In this document: one piece after another, positions 37,764 to 53,164 of the stretch | Position numbering within the stretch: the stretch's first letter is position 1 | Layout: each line of letters begins with the position of its first letter | Origin: Eledone cirrhosa | Lineage: Eukaryota | DNA length: 64,000 nucleotides | Assembly: GCA_964016885.1 (NCBI GenBank) | Contig: OZ024741.1 | Coordinates: forward strand, 276,396,001-276,460,000 | Reading direction: 5' to 3' | The notes under the pieces: model-generated | Told to the model about the DNA's origin: nothing | Database searches by the model: none | The model's input: only the letters and a program-made list of their open reading frames with translations | Program-made: the position numbers and the translations under genes

Positions 37764-37800
<37 letters not shown>

Positions 37801-37803
<3 letters not shown>

Positions 37804-38404
37804 GGTGGCTGCCAACTCGTTTTCGAGTACGGCCACTACTTTATATCCATGTAGGAGAACCCCTACCAATGCGCTGAACGAATGTGACTTTTTAGTCCAG
37901 CCAGCGACTTAAACTCTGGTACAAACACTACACTTGTGACAATTATTGACATAGTGCTGGGCCCATGGTACCATGTGACGACAAGTGCAGAGAGATCTCC
38001 AGATATAAAGCAATGCCTGTGCTGTGAAGCTTTTATAGTGAGCAAAGGCACTGCACAAAGCCAGTCCCACTCTCTTAACCAAGATGATATTTACCAAAAA
38101 GAAGAACAATTCAACATCATTGGATACCATCAGGGTTGCAGGTGTTATATCAGAGTTTTCCTTCTCCTAGAATTCTGCCTTGACAAAGGCTAAGGGGTCA
38201 TCTCTCCCGGTGATTTTGGATGGCTATTGACTCTTAAGAGCCCCTTTGCCTTTTGACAGGTTTTGTTTTTAGTCCTGCAGGATGTCCAAAGCCACCCTCC
38301 TCACCAAGAAACCTTGGTGGGGTTGCCAGTTTAGTCGCCAACGACCGGACCATGAGACAGGTTGTACTGGGATACATGTTACCAGTAGCACCAACTGGTG
38401 ACCT

Positions 38405-38405
<1 letters not shown>
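37801..38405 (-). mobile_element. Short non-autonomous RTE-type element (5'-UTR-like end joined to a C-terminal C2H2 finger and 3' end)
   Basis: Minus strand encodes a frameshifted CSVCTR.FKSLAGLKSHIRSAHW* C2H2 finger and an RTE-like 3' end (CTCGAAAACGAG hairpin). The 5' part contains GCGACTAAACTGGCAACCCC. Flanked by (CA)n on both sides. Confidence 0.55.
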
Positions 38406-38461
<56 letters not shown>

Positions 38462-38462
<1 letters not shown>

Positions 38463-39732
38463 CATTGCCCACAATACTTATGCTGTGCCAATTCTAACGC
38501 CAACATTTGGACTACTGAACTGGTCATTGCAAGAACTAAGTGAGATGGATGTTAGAACTCGAAAACTTCTCAGTGTTACTGGGAACTTTAACATCAATGG
38601 TGATGTGGATAGGCTATACTTCTCACGCAAGGAAGGTGGCCGGGGTCTAAAATCAATATTAACAACATATGAGACCCGGATAGTGACACTGAAGCAACAC
38701 CTTCAACAGAGGAAAAAGGTTGGCAACCATCTTGCCCAGGTTTATGAACATGAAAAAAGAAATATCATTAGAATAGCGACTGATCTGGAGGAGAGATATG
38801 GAATAAAGCCTGATATAAATCTCTCACCCAGAGAAATCGGAAGATCCTATTCAATGTTCAAACAAGATAAAAAAATTGACCAATTTACAGAAAAGGTTGT
38901 GCATGGATACTTGAGGCGTGAAACACAGACCATAGAGGGGATAAACCACTCAAAAAGCCTGGCATGGAGTTCCGACAAGTTTATGACATCACACCTTGAG
39001 GGATATCTCTATGCAATACAGGAACAAGAACTCCCTACCAAATATCTGCTGCACAAAAGAGGAGGGCCAGCAGCTGACAATAAATGTAGGCTATGTAAAA
39101 CAAAGATCGAGGATGTAAGCCACATTGTTGCCAGCTGCGAAAGAATGTCATCTCGCTACTACCTCCCCATGAGACACGATGGGATAGCTAGAACCATCTG
39201 GAACGCACTTCGGAAAACAAAATTAACAACAAACGAGGAAGAATATATTGAGACAGATGGCACTAAGGAATACTGGTGGAACCTGAAAATAAAAACTGCC
39301 ACCAAATTAAAGCACAACCGGCCTGATATTGTAGTTTGGGACCACACATTGAAAACGTGTTCTGTTGTGGAGATCAGCTGCCCACTTGATGTAAACGTTG
39401 TCAGAAAAATACAGGAGAAGGAGGACATCTACGGACCATTGATGAGGAGTTTACAAATCCAGTATCCAAGATACACCTTTAGCTTCATACCCATCATTAT
39501 TGGTGCTACGGGTTATATACCAACCCGCTTGGACCAAAGTATGACTGAACTTGGATTTGCGGACAAAAAGCGCAGCTCCCTAATTCATAGTCTACAAATG
39601 GCTGCGATAGCTAGCACCTTCAAAATTTGCAAAACATTCTTGCGATTCAAGGGATGACAATTTCTTTTCTTTTACAACCTTGCCACCAGGAAGGTGGCCG
39701 GTCAAAAAAATATACTCGAAATTAAGAGAAAA
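38462..39732 (+). mobile_element. 5'-truncated RLE-type non-LTR retrotransposon (R4/Dong-like)
   Basis: 390-aa open frame with RLYFSRKEGGRGL, a CCHC knuckle (CRLC..SHIVASC), RHD, and a restriction-like endonuclease motif RPDIVVWD..VVEISCP..KEDIY..PIIIGATG. Confidence 0.9.
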
Positions 39733-39839
39733 CATACATACATATATACATACACACATATATATATACACACATATACACATATATACACATATATACA
39801 TATATATATATATACATATACACATATATACATATATAC

Positions 39840-39888
<49 letters not shown>

Positions 39889-40093
39889 CATATATACATA
39901 TATATATACACACATATACATATATACATATATATATACACACATATATACATATACATATATATATATATACATACACATATATACATACACATATATA
40001 TATACACATATATATATACACATATATATATACACATATATATATACACATATATATATACACATATATATATACACATATATATATACATAC

Positions 40094-40124
<31 letters not shown>

Positions 40125-40137
40125 CATATATATATAC

Positions 40138-40220
<83 letters not shown>

Positions 40221-40319
40221 CATATATATACATATACATATATATACATATACATATATATACACATATATATATATATATATACATATATATACATATA
40301 CATATATATACATATATAC

Positions 40320-40382
<63 letters not shown>

Positions 40383-40450
40383 CATATATATATATACATA
40401 TATATATATATACATATATATATATACATACATATATATATATATACATA

Positions 40451-40491
<41 letters not shown>

Positions 40492-40532
40492 ATACATATA
40501 TATATATACATACATATATATATATATACATA

Positions 40533-40573
<41 letters not shown>

Positions 40574-40614
40574 ATACATATATATATATACATACATATA
40601 TATATATATACATA

Positions 40615-40674
<60 letters not shown>

Positions 40675-40726
40675 CATATATATATATACACATATATATA
40701 TATATACATATATATATATACATACA
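39733..40726. repeat. About 1-kb (TA/CA)n compound microsatellite
   Basis: Directly visible. Confidence 0.97.
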
Positions 40727-41418
40727 TCATCATCATCATCAACGTTTAACGTCCGTGTTCCACGCTTGCATGGGTTTGGACGGGGGTAGTCCCACTTGAG
40801 GCAAGAGTGATTGTCTTGCTCGCATAGGACTGTCTGGCAGGTTTTCTACAGTTGGATGCCCTTCCTAACACCAACCACATTTACAGTGTGGGTCTGGGAG
40901 GTTTTTACCGTGTTGCCTACACGGCCACATTACAGCGTGGACTGTGTGTTTTTTTGTCGTGACACCTACACGTTCTCATTTGTTTCGGCCTCGAAGGCGC
41001 GGCACCAACATAACTTTACATAGAACGGGGTGGTGTGGATCGGGTGGGGGTGGGGGTGGTGGGACGGGGTGTATTTTGTTAGAGATGCCTACTGGCTGGA
41101 GTAGGGTTTACTATATATTTAGGTAAGGCGGGTCTTCTCTGTTACTGAGTACCGCCAAAGGTCTCGGTCCAGTGACATTGTCTTGGAGAGGTGTAAGTGT
41201 GTGATGTCGGAGTTTATCAGCTCGTCCCAGGTTTTTCTAGGTCTGCCTATTCCGTGACTACCGTCTATCTTTATTGCCCTGCACTTTGTTATACAGCTAT
41301 CGACTTTCATGCGCATCACGTGTCCATACCAACGTAGCCTTCTCTCGAGTAAACAACATCTGATCCCTCTTATCTCTAATTTTTTCCTTAGTTCGTTTAT
41401 GCTTTGCCGTTCACGTAT
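40727..41418 (-). mobile_element. Short 5'-truncated young RTE LINE (3' 0.7 kb)
   Basis: Near-identical to the 3' ends of the 24793-26878 and 41669-44550 copies. Confidence 0.95.
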
Positions 41419-41550
41419 ATATATATATACATATATATATATACATACATATATATATATACATACATATATATATATACATACATATATATATACATAT
41501 ATATATACATATATATATATACATATATATATATATACATACATATATAT

Positions 41551-41613
<63 letters not shown>

Positions 41614-41668
41614 CATATACATATATATACATATATATACATATATATACATATATATACATATATAT

Positions 41669-44550
41669 AACACTAACTGTAACACTAACTTCAAAAAACG
41701 TGACAATCACCTGATCACCTATAGATCCGGGGAACACACAAGCCAGGTAGATTATATCCTTACCAGATGACGTGACAGAGTGTCTGTTGTTAACACTAAA
41801 TCCCTCCCCCATGAAGAATGCACCTCCCAACATAGACTGATAATTAGCGACCTCATAGTCAGGACGAGACGTACTCGACAACAGAAGAGGACTATCCTCA
41901 GGAGAAAAATATGGAAGCTAAAGGACCCCACAGCCAGGAATAAATTTCAAAACATATTACTTGATGCTTTCGACAGTAAGGAAGAACATTTAGAGTCGGA
42001 CAATATAGAGGGAGAGTGGGAATTTCTGAAAGCAAACCTGCTGTTGGCGACAGACGAAGTCTGTGGCTGGAGCAGGCCTGTAGGCAGGAGGAGAGTAACA
42101 TGGTGGTGGAACAGTAAGGTGGAGGGGTCAATTAAGGCCAAAAAGCAGGCTTGGAAAGTATGGCGGGATGGGGGAAGTAGAGAGGACTATCAAGTGGCCA
42201 GGAGGGAAGCTAGGAGACAAGTGTACTTAGCAAGAAGGGAAGCTGAGGAAAGAAAGTTCAAGCATGTTCTACAACGCGATGACCAAAAACGTGAGGTGTT
42301 CAGGATTGCTAGGCAATGCGTCAAGGAAAACCGTGATATTGTCGGGGAGAAGTGTGTACTAAACGACGATGGCACACTTGCCATCACCGACGCTGATAAG
42401 AAGGTAGCTTGGAAGTGTCACTATGAAAGGCTACTAAATGAGGAGAATAATTGGGAGAAAGGCAGTCTCCCCCATATCGACCCAATAGAGGGACCAGCAG
42501 TGTTAGTCGAGGGGAGTATAATAAGTAAGGCAATCAAGGATATGAAGACGGGTAAGGCGGCTGGGCCTTCGGAAATAGTTGCTGAGATGCTGAAGGCATC
42601 TGGCACGGTGGGACACACCATGGTCACCCGCATAGTTAACCAAGTCGTACAGAATGGGGTTGTTCCGAAGGACTGGCATAGCAGCATCATCGTTAACTGT
42701 TATAAGGGTAAAGGAGACGCCCTAGATAGGAGTAACTATAGAGGCATTAAATTAATCGACCAGGTCATGAAGGTCACAGAAAAAGTAATAGCGCAACTAA
42801 TCAGAGAGAGAATTGACCTAGATGAAATGCAGTTCGGGTTTGTGTCAGGCAAAAGTACCACAGACGCTCTTTTCATAGTACGACAACTACAGGAGAAGTA
42901 CCTAGCTAAAGGTAAACCCCTCTACTTAGCTTTTGTCGACTTGGAGAAAGCCTTCGACAGAGTCCCCCGCTCCATTATCTGGTGGGCTCTTAGAAAACTA
43001 GGCGTTGACGAATGGCTTGTGAGGGCTATACAAGCCATGTATAAAGAAACAGTCAGCAAGGTTAGAATTAACAACGAATATAGTGAAGAGTTTAGCGTAA
43101 AAGTTGGCGTCCATCAGGGCTCTGTTCTCAGCCCACTACTATTTATTATTGCCCTTCAGGCTATAACAGAGGAGTTCAAGACAGGCTGCCCATGGGAACT
43201 CCTATACGCAGACGACCTGACACTCATAGCGGAATCAATGGCCGAGCTAGAGAAGAAATTCCAAACATGGAAGCACGGCCTAGAGTCAAAAGGACTTAAA
43301 ATTAACCTGGCTAAGACCAAAGTACTAGTTTGTAGGAAAGAAAACAAGGCGGCGGTCCCTTCTGGGAAATGGTCGTGCTCGGTGTGTAGGAAAGGCGTAG
43401 GTAGAAACTCCATTTTATGTCCTAAATGCAAAGTATGGGTGCATAAAAGATGTAGTGGGATCACAGGTAAGCTAACTAAGAACATAGATTTTACATGTGG
43501 CCGGTGCTCTGGTGCAATAAGTAGCAGCAAGTGCCCACAAACTACTAGCTCTTTCAATTGCGCAGAGGGTTCTATAGAAATAGTGGACAGCTTCCGTTAC
43601 CTGGGCGATAAAATCAGCAGTGGGGGAGGGTGCTCTGAAAGTACTGTAGCTAGAGTCAGAACTGGTTGGAAAAAGTTCAGAGAGCTTATACCACTATTAG
43701 CTGCTAAAGGGTTCTCACTAAAAATGAAAGGCAGGTTGTACGATGCCTGCATACGAACAGCAATGCTGCACGGCAGTGAGACCTGGGCATTGTGTGCAGA
43801 GGATATACGCAGACTAGAGAGAAACGAAGCTTGCATGCTCCGCTGGATGTGTAACAGTAATATACGTGAACGGCAAAGCATAAACGAACTAAGGAAAAAA
43901 TTAGAGATAAGAGGGATCAGATGTTGTTTACTCGAGAGAAGGCTACGTTGGTATGGACACGTGATGCGCATGAAAGTCGATAGCTGTATAACAAAGTGCA
44001 GGGCAATAAAGATAGACGGTAGTCACGGAATAGGCAGACCTAGGAAAACCTGGGACGAGCTGATAAACTCCGACATCACACACTTACACCTCTCCAAGAC
44101 AATGTCACTGGACCGAGACCTTTGGCGGTACTCAGTAACAGAGAAGACCCGCCTTACCTAAATATATAGTAAAACCTACTCCAGCCAGTAGGCATCTCTA
44201 ACAACATACACCCCGTCCCACCACCCCTGCCCCCACCCCATCCACACCACCCCGTTCTATGTAAAGTTATGTTGGTGCCGCGCCATCGAGGCCGAAACAA
44301 ATGAGATCGTGTAGGTGTCACGACAAAAAAACACACAGTCCACGCTGTAATGTGGCCGTGTAGGCAACACGGTAAAAACCTCCCAGACCCACACTGTAAA
44401 TGTGGTTGGTGTTAGGAAGGGCATCCAACTGTAGAAAACCTGCCAGACAGTCCTATGCGAGCAAGACAATCACTCTTGCCTCAAGTGGGACTACCCCCGT
44501 CCAAACCCATGCAAGCGTGGAACACGGACGTTAAACGTTGATGATGATGA
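41669..44550 (+). mobile_element. Young RTE LINE truncated within the APE endonuclease; RT with inserted PHD-like finger
   Basis: APE C-terminal motifs (TYRSG..SQVDYIL, SQHRL) with one TGA at 41768-41770, then a 793-aa open RT frame (YADD), 3' UTR and (GAT)n tail. Confidence 0.96.
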
Positions 44551-46969
<2,419 letters not shown>

Positions 46970-47924
46970 ACTAGACATGAAAAATGCGCAAGCTCAAAAG
47001 TGCCACAGAATGTTATAATAAACCTTCAAAAGTGTGGGACTAGAGTTGTTGCTAAAAAATATTGTAATCATTATATATCGTACATTCTGTGGCATCCTTT
47101 ATAAAAATAGCTTAAACCAACGAAGCCTTTATTTTTACGCTATTTCACTTAGTTAATTCTTAGAGTGTAACATATAAAAATATGATTTACAACTATAAAA
47201 TAAATAAATTAATATAATAACAGAGCTGCGGAGCTGAAATTTAGGAAATAATGGAGTATCGGATCCTGAGTTGGAGCCAGTCAATTTTTGGCCGACTCCG
47301 CAGCCCTGTATAATAAATTTCATATTAAAGTTATTAATAAACCTATTTTACACTGCATGCAAATTACCATGAGATATTGATATTAGATATAAGATACAGC
47401 GCAATATCTACAGCTGTAAAAGTACGAAAGCGAAGTAATAATAAGTGGCTTAAGGTAATTCCAATATGAAAGTTTGTAGTGATAAAAATTTGATAATGCA
47501 ATACGATTGTTAATATTATAGTTCTATGAAAATGTAACAATAGATAACTAAATTATTTTACTATTAGTATATTTAAGAAATTATCATTATAGATTTGATC
47601 GTTCATATAAGCATCATATTAATTTTCAACACAATTATTTTGTTACTATGAGTATATGATAATAATTACGTAATTATTTATAGCTGTTATTACATTAAAC
47701 ATAGATGTATTTATTTTTATATGTTACACTCTAAGAATTAACTAAGTGAAATAGCGTAAAAATAAAGGCTTCGTTGGTTTAAGCTATTTTTATAAAGGAT
47801 GCCACAGAATGTACGATATATAATGATTACAATATTTGTTAGCAACAACTCTAGTCCCACACTTTTGAAGGTTTATTATAACATTCTGTGGCACTTTTGA
47901 GCTTGCGCATTTTTCATGTCTAGT
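46970..47924. mobile_element. Foldback/MITE-like element with about 213-bp terminal inverted repeats
   Basis: 46970-47182 is the near-perfect reverse complement of 47712-47924. The interior is AT-rich and non-coding. Confidence 0.8.
47221..47308. mobile_element. Minimal 88-bp hAT MITE nested in the foldback element
   Basis: CAGAGCTGCGGAG ... CTCCGCAGCCCTG TIRs with a perfect 8-bp TSD TATAATAA. Confidence 0.85.
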
Positions 47925-49117
47925 TTAATATTTTTTTTAAGGCAACGCTTGTAATAACACTAGTTAAACAGGATATATATTAATAATAAATTATCGTTGT
48001 AATGTAATTAGATTATGTAATTGTTATTATAAATTATCTTATAAATATTAGTGTAAGATGTATAAAAATATTTTCAGACTTTTAATATAAACAACTACAA
48101 AAAACAATCAATATTAAATCAATATATTATACATAATAGAAAACATAAAATAAACAATACAAAAACAAAATATTTACATACAATTGCAATTATCAGTGTA
48201 TATACATTTTCTTTATATTCCCTGAGCAAATTAATAAGATTTGTTTTTATTGTACATAATTTGATGACTTGTTGGAGTGTATTAAAAGATAGCAACAATT
48301 TGTGATTAAATTGTTATCTTAAGCAACTCACTTTTTAATAGTTGTTGGCTGAGCGAAATTGTAAAAGCCTATGAGCAAATATAAAAAAAAATACACAAAC
48401 AACATTTCCTTGTGTTATTACAACATTAGATAAAATAATTGAGCAATGTCGTTATATTTTGCTCTTATTGCACATTAATAGTGTTTCTATTTTTCGGCAC
48501 AAATCCATTACGGCAGTCCATTACTGGTACTTTATTTTATCGAATTAGTAAGTATGAAAGTCGAAGTTAACCTCGGCAGGATTTGAACTTAGAATGCAAA
48601 GGACCATAACAATACTGCAAAGCATGGTGTCTGACGCTCTACCAATACTTGTGTTGAGCTGGTCATTAATTTATGGTGGTCGTGCGTGGAGTAGAGCAAT
48701 CGCTAGTTGAAATATTATGAACAAAACATTTTTATTTGCCGAAGAACATATTTTCAATACTGTTTGTGAATGTGACGAAGGAAATACATTCTGATATGGA
48801 ACAGTGTACAAAGTGTGTCTGTGAATAACATAATGTTACCTCATGTTGTTGTCAAGACATAATGGATTTCGTATATCCAATTAGAAGATGAAACCTAACC
48901 ATCTCGGATTAGTTATATTTCATGCCATGTGTAAACGTGTTTGAGGATAGCAAAATATGCGTGTTTCTTGTCTGGAAACTTTCTGCTAAACTGATTGGTT
49001 TCGTTTTTGGCACTATACAATACTCATCTAACAGATAGCTGTATTGGATCCTTGATTGGTTAATATTTAGGTGAGGGTGCTTGATTCAGAGTTAGTGCAA
49101 AATGGATCAATGAGTGT

Positions 49118-49770
49118 AATAATAATAATGATAATAATAATGAAAATATTGTGTACAATGCTGAGGTGCACTACAACTCATCAAAAGTGCATATATAATA
49201 CATAGGGTAATATAAAAACGTCAGGAAAAAAGAACAGTGCATGAGTCATGATATACACATATGTGCATGTGTATGGAAGGGGGACATCAGGTGTAGTTTT
49301 GGTGTATTTCGGAATGTATGATGGTTTTAAAGGATGCAGTGTGTCATCAGCTAACAACTGATGCAGGAAGTTTGTTCCATCCTTCAGCAACTCTGAGCAT
49401 GAAGAAATATTTCCTAAAGTCATGGGAGCTGTGTTGTTTTCTGACTTTGTAGGCATGTCCACGTGTTAGACACATGGAGATCAAAAAGGTGTTCGGGGTT
49501 GTTGTTGGTCGGATGGTTAATAACTTTGTGGGTGTTTACCAAGTCCATTGCCAGAGGGAAGCAAAATATTCAGGGTATGGTAAGTGTCTGATGGAGGGTA
49601 TGCGCTTGGTTGCATGTCTCTGAACAGTTTCCAGGAGGTCAATGTTCTGAGCAAGATAGGGGTTCCAGACTGATGACGCGAACTCCAAGTGTATTCGTAC
49701 CATAGATGTATACAGCTTTAAATAGATGGCTGGAGAGCAGCTAATGAAGGTCTTGCTGATTGATGCCAAG
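49118..49770 (-). mobile_element. CR1/L2-type LINE 3' fragment
   Basis: LKLYTSMVRIHLEFASSVWNPYLAQNIDLLETVQRHATKRIP, typical of a CR1/L2 ORF2 C-terminus, with a (TTA)n tail. Confidence 0.85.
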
Positions 49771-50907
49771 TCAATCTTAATAAATTGACTGATTTATCTG
49801 TTCACTACTGCTAATCCACCGCTGTTTGTACAATTTTTTAGATAATGTCAATTTGAGCTTGAATCATTGGCGTAATGAAATTTGAAAAGATTATAAGCAA
49901 ATCTTTTTTAAAATACACAGACAACATTTAACTGTATCGTTGCAACATTAGATCTAATAATTGTTTCTACTTTAGGCACAAGGCCAGCAATTACCCAGTG
50001 CATTACTGGTACTTTATTTTATCTACCCCGTAAGGATGAAAGGCAAAGTCAACCTCGGCAGGATTTGAACTCAGATCGTAAAGGGACGTAACTATGCTGG
50101 AAAGCATGGCATCCGACCCTCTACCAATACTGCCAAAATAATGGAGCAACATTTGTGCAGAATTATTGTTTGTGCAATAAGATATTTGCAGATCTGTACT
50201 TGGTCTGCTCTTTAGCCAACTCGGTACGTTTAGAAGCTCTACGCTCGGCTTGCTTTTGAGATATAATAGCTGAATTTGCAGATCTATACTTGGCCTGCTT
50301 GTTTGCCAACTCATACCGTTTTGAACATCTATACTTGGCCTGTTTTTGTGTTAATTTAGCAAAATTCACAGCTCTATAATCGGCCTGTTTTTGTCTCAAC
50401 TTCTCCCGATTCCGCATCCGGTAAGCTGCTTTCACATCCAATTTAATACGCCCATCTAGATTATTAGCACAGGAATGTGAACAAGCTTGTGGGACCGCAT
50501 CATTGTAAGTATATGAACTGCCTGCAACATCAAGACCCAATTCACAAGTGCAGCGTTGCTCATTCACATCGGCAGTGGGGACACCAAAATCAGTGACAGG
50601 TCTCGATTCACTCGCGAGATACATCACAGCTACACTATATATTTAAACATATATACAGTGATACCTCGCTACTTGGCGGTTCAACTATCGCGGATTCACG
50701 ATTTCGCGCATTTTTAGAATATATATATGAACACCTAAAATTTTTCATTAAATCCATTAAAATATTAATAATAAACACAGTTCTAATCATACGCTATATA
50801 TATATATATATATATATATAAGTAATTAATACCGTATAAATGGTACAAAGACTGTTTATGTAAAATGTATTTCTCAACAGAGTATTGAATACTTAGGAGA
50901 AATTCAA

Positions 50908-51101
50908 AACGAAGAGTGATAAAATTTCAAGCAAAGAGTTTAATTAGGTAATGACTTACAAATTTGTTTCAGTATATAGACAAAGCCTGAAGCGCTAATT
51001 ATAATAATTAGTTAATAATATTATATTAAAGATATACTGAAACAAATTTGTAAGTCATTACCTAATTAAACTCTTTGCTTGAAATGTTATCATTCTTCGT
51101 T
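50908..51101. repeat. Inverted repeat, about 70-bp arms with a 54-bp spacer
   Basis: 50908-50977 is the reverse complement of 51032-51101 with about 2 mismatches. Confidence 0.8.
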
Positions 51102-52582
51102 GAGAGAGAGAGAGAGAGAGATTTATCTAGTCCTTCGCTCAAGATTAATCTATAAGTTTAGATGTCTGCCTTCGTTTAAGTAAATATTACAGTAAGATTT
51201 TTAATATAAACAACTACAAAAAACAATTAATATTAAAACGAAAAAATTATCAATGATAAAAGAAGCGGATGCAACTTTTTTTTATAAAGTTATATTCCTG
51301 TTTCTTTAAAGAACATTTCATTTTTGTTCTATTGTAGGCGAAATAATGCAATGGTTTAATAGGGAAGATATAACTTACCAATTATGTCTCTAACCGTGTA
51401 ACGCTTTTTAAGTAGATAACTACAATTGAAAATACTAAAGAAATGGAACCAACAATTCAATTTGAAAGTCGTCTACTTATAGTGACAGTGTATTACTGGT
51501 ACTTTATTTTATCGACCCCGTAACGATGAAAGGCAAAAATGCAAATGTTTAAAATTTAAATTGCCTTAATTCTATCGTCTGCTGTTTCATTAAAGGGAGA
51601 TTCTCGTCTGTATTTAATTCTATCGTCTACTGTTCCACTAAACAGATATACCTCCACTATCGTCTCTATTTATACATTTTAACTTATAACTTATACACAT
51701 TTGATTTGAAATATTTTATCTAGTCCCCCCTCTCAATATTATGATGATTTCTTTCGAATGAAACAGTTCTAGTCCTGTAGAAGCCATTTATATATATAAT
51801 TGAACTGAGTTAAAAATTCACAATATTTATAATTAAATAAGCTCATATATATATGTGTGTATTTATCTGTTTATTGTATTATATATAATGTGTGTATATA
51901 CAGGATGTCCCCCCAAAATATATACACACTTCAACAGCATTCTAATAACTATTGCCTGTACAGGTAATCAAAGTGTCAATCGAATGTTAGTTTCGTGTTT
52001 TAACAGTACAAATTTACAATACACACATAAAACCAGTGTATATACATACATGAGTGTGTATACACATACATGAATGTGTATATACAATATATATGTATAT
52101 ATATATAGACACATATATTCACGGTGCAACGGTACATTAAAATATAGATGCGGGAGAGGGGGGGTGTATATATAGGGGCGCTGGGGATAAAGGAGTGTAA
52201 AGCGTGTGTAATTGATATATTGAAGGAGAGGAGCGTGCAGCGATAGAGTAACAAATATATAGAGAGGGGGAGAGATAGTATTGAAGGGGAGGAGTGCAAA
52301 GCGAAAGAGAGATATATATATAGAGACGGAACAGATAGAGAGAAACAGGCGTAAGTAACAGTGGAAGAGATATAGAGCGAGGTACTCTGATTGGTTGAAA
52401 ATTAGCCAATGACATACGATCACCACCACCACGCTATCCCCGAAAAATTTTTTAAGAAGCTAGGCATATATGTTAGAACACGAAAAGTGAACATTCTGTT
52501 GTTTCACACTTTTCGTGTTCTAACAGATATATATATACATACATATATATATACACATATATATATACACATATATATATAC

Positions 52583-52701
<119 letters not shown>

Positions 52702-52884
52702 CATACATATACATATACATATATATATACATACATATATACATATATATATACATACATATATACATATATATATATATACATACATATATACATATAT
52801 ATATACATACATATATACATATATATATATATACATACATATATACATATATATATACATACATATATACATACATATATACAT

Positions 52885-52921
<37 letters not shown>

Positions 52922-53164
52922 TACATACATACATAGATACATACATACATAGATAGATACATACATACATAGATACATACATACATAGATATATACATAC
53001 ATAGATATATACATACATATATATATATACATACATACATATATATATATACATACATATATATATATATACATACATATACATATATATACATACATAT
53101 ACATATACATATATATACATACATATACATATATATATATACATACATATATATACATATATAT

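Noticed and set aside
41669-44550. Autonomous active LINE
   Set aside because: 5'-truncated within the endonuclease and carrying a stop at 41768-41770, so it cannot be autonomous, although the family looks young.
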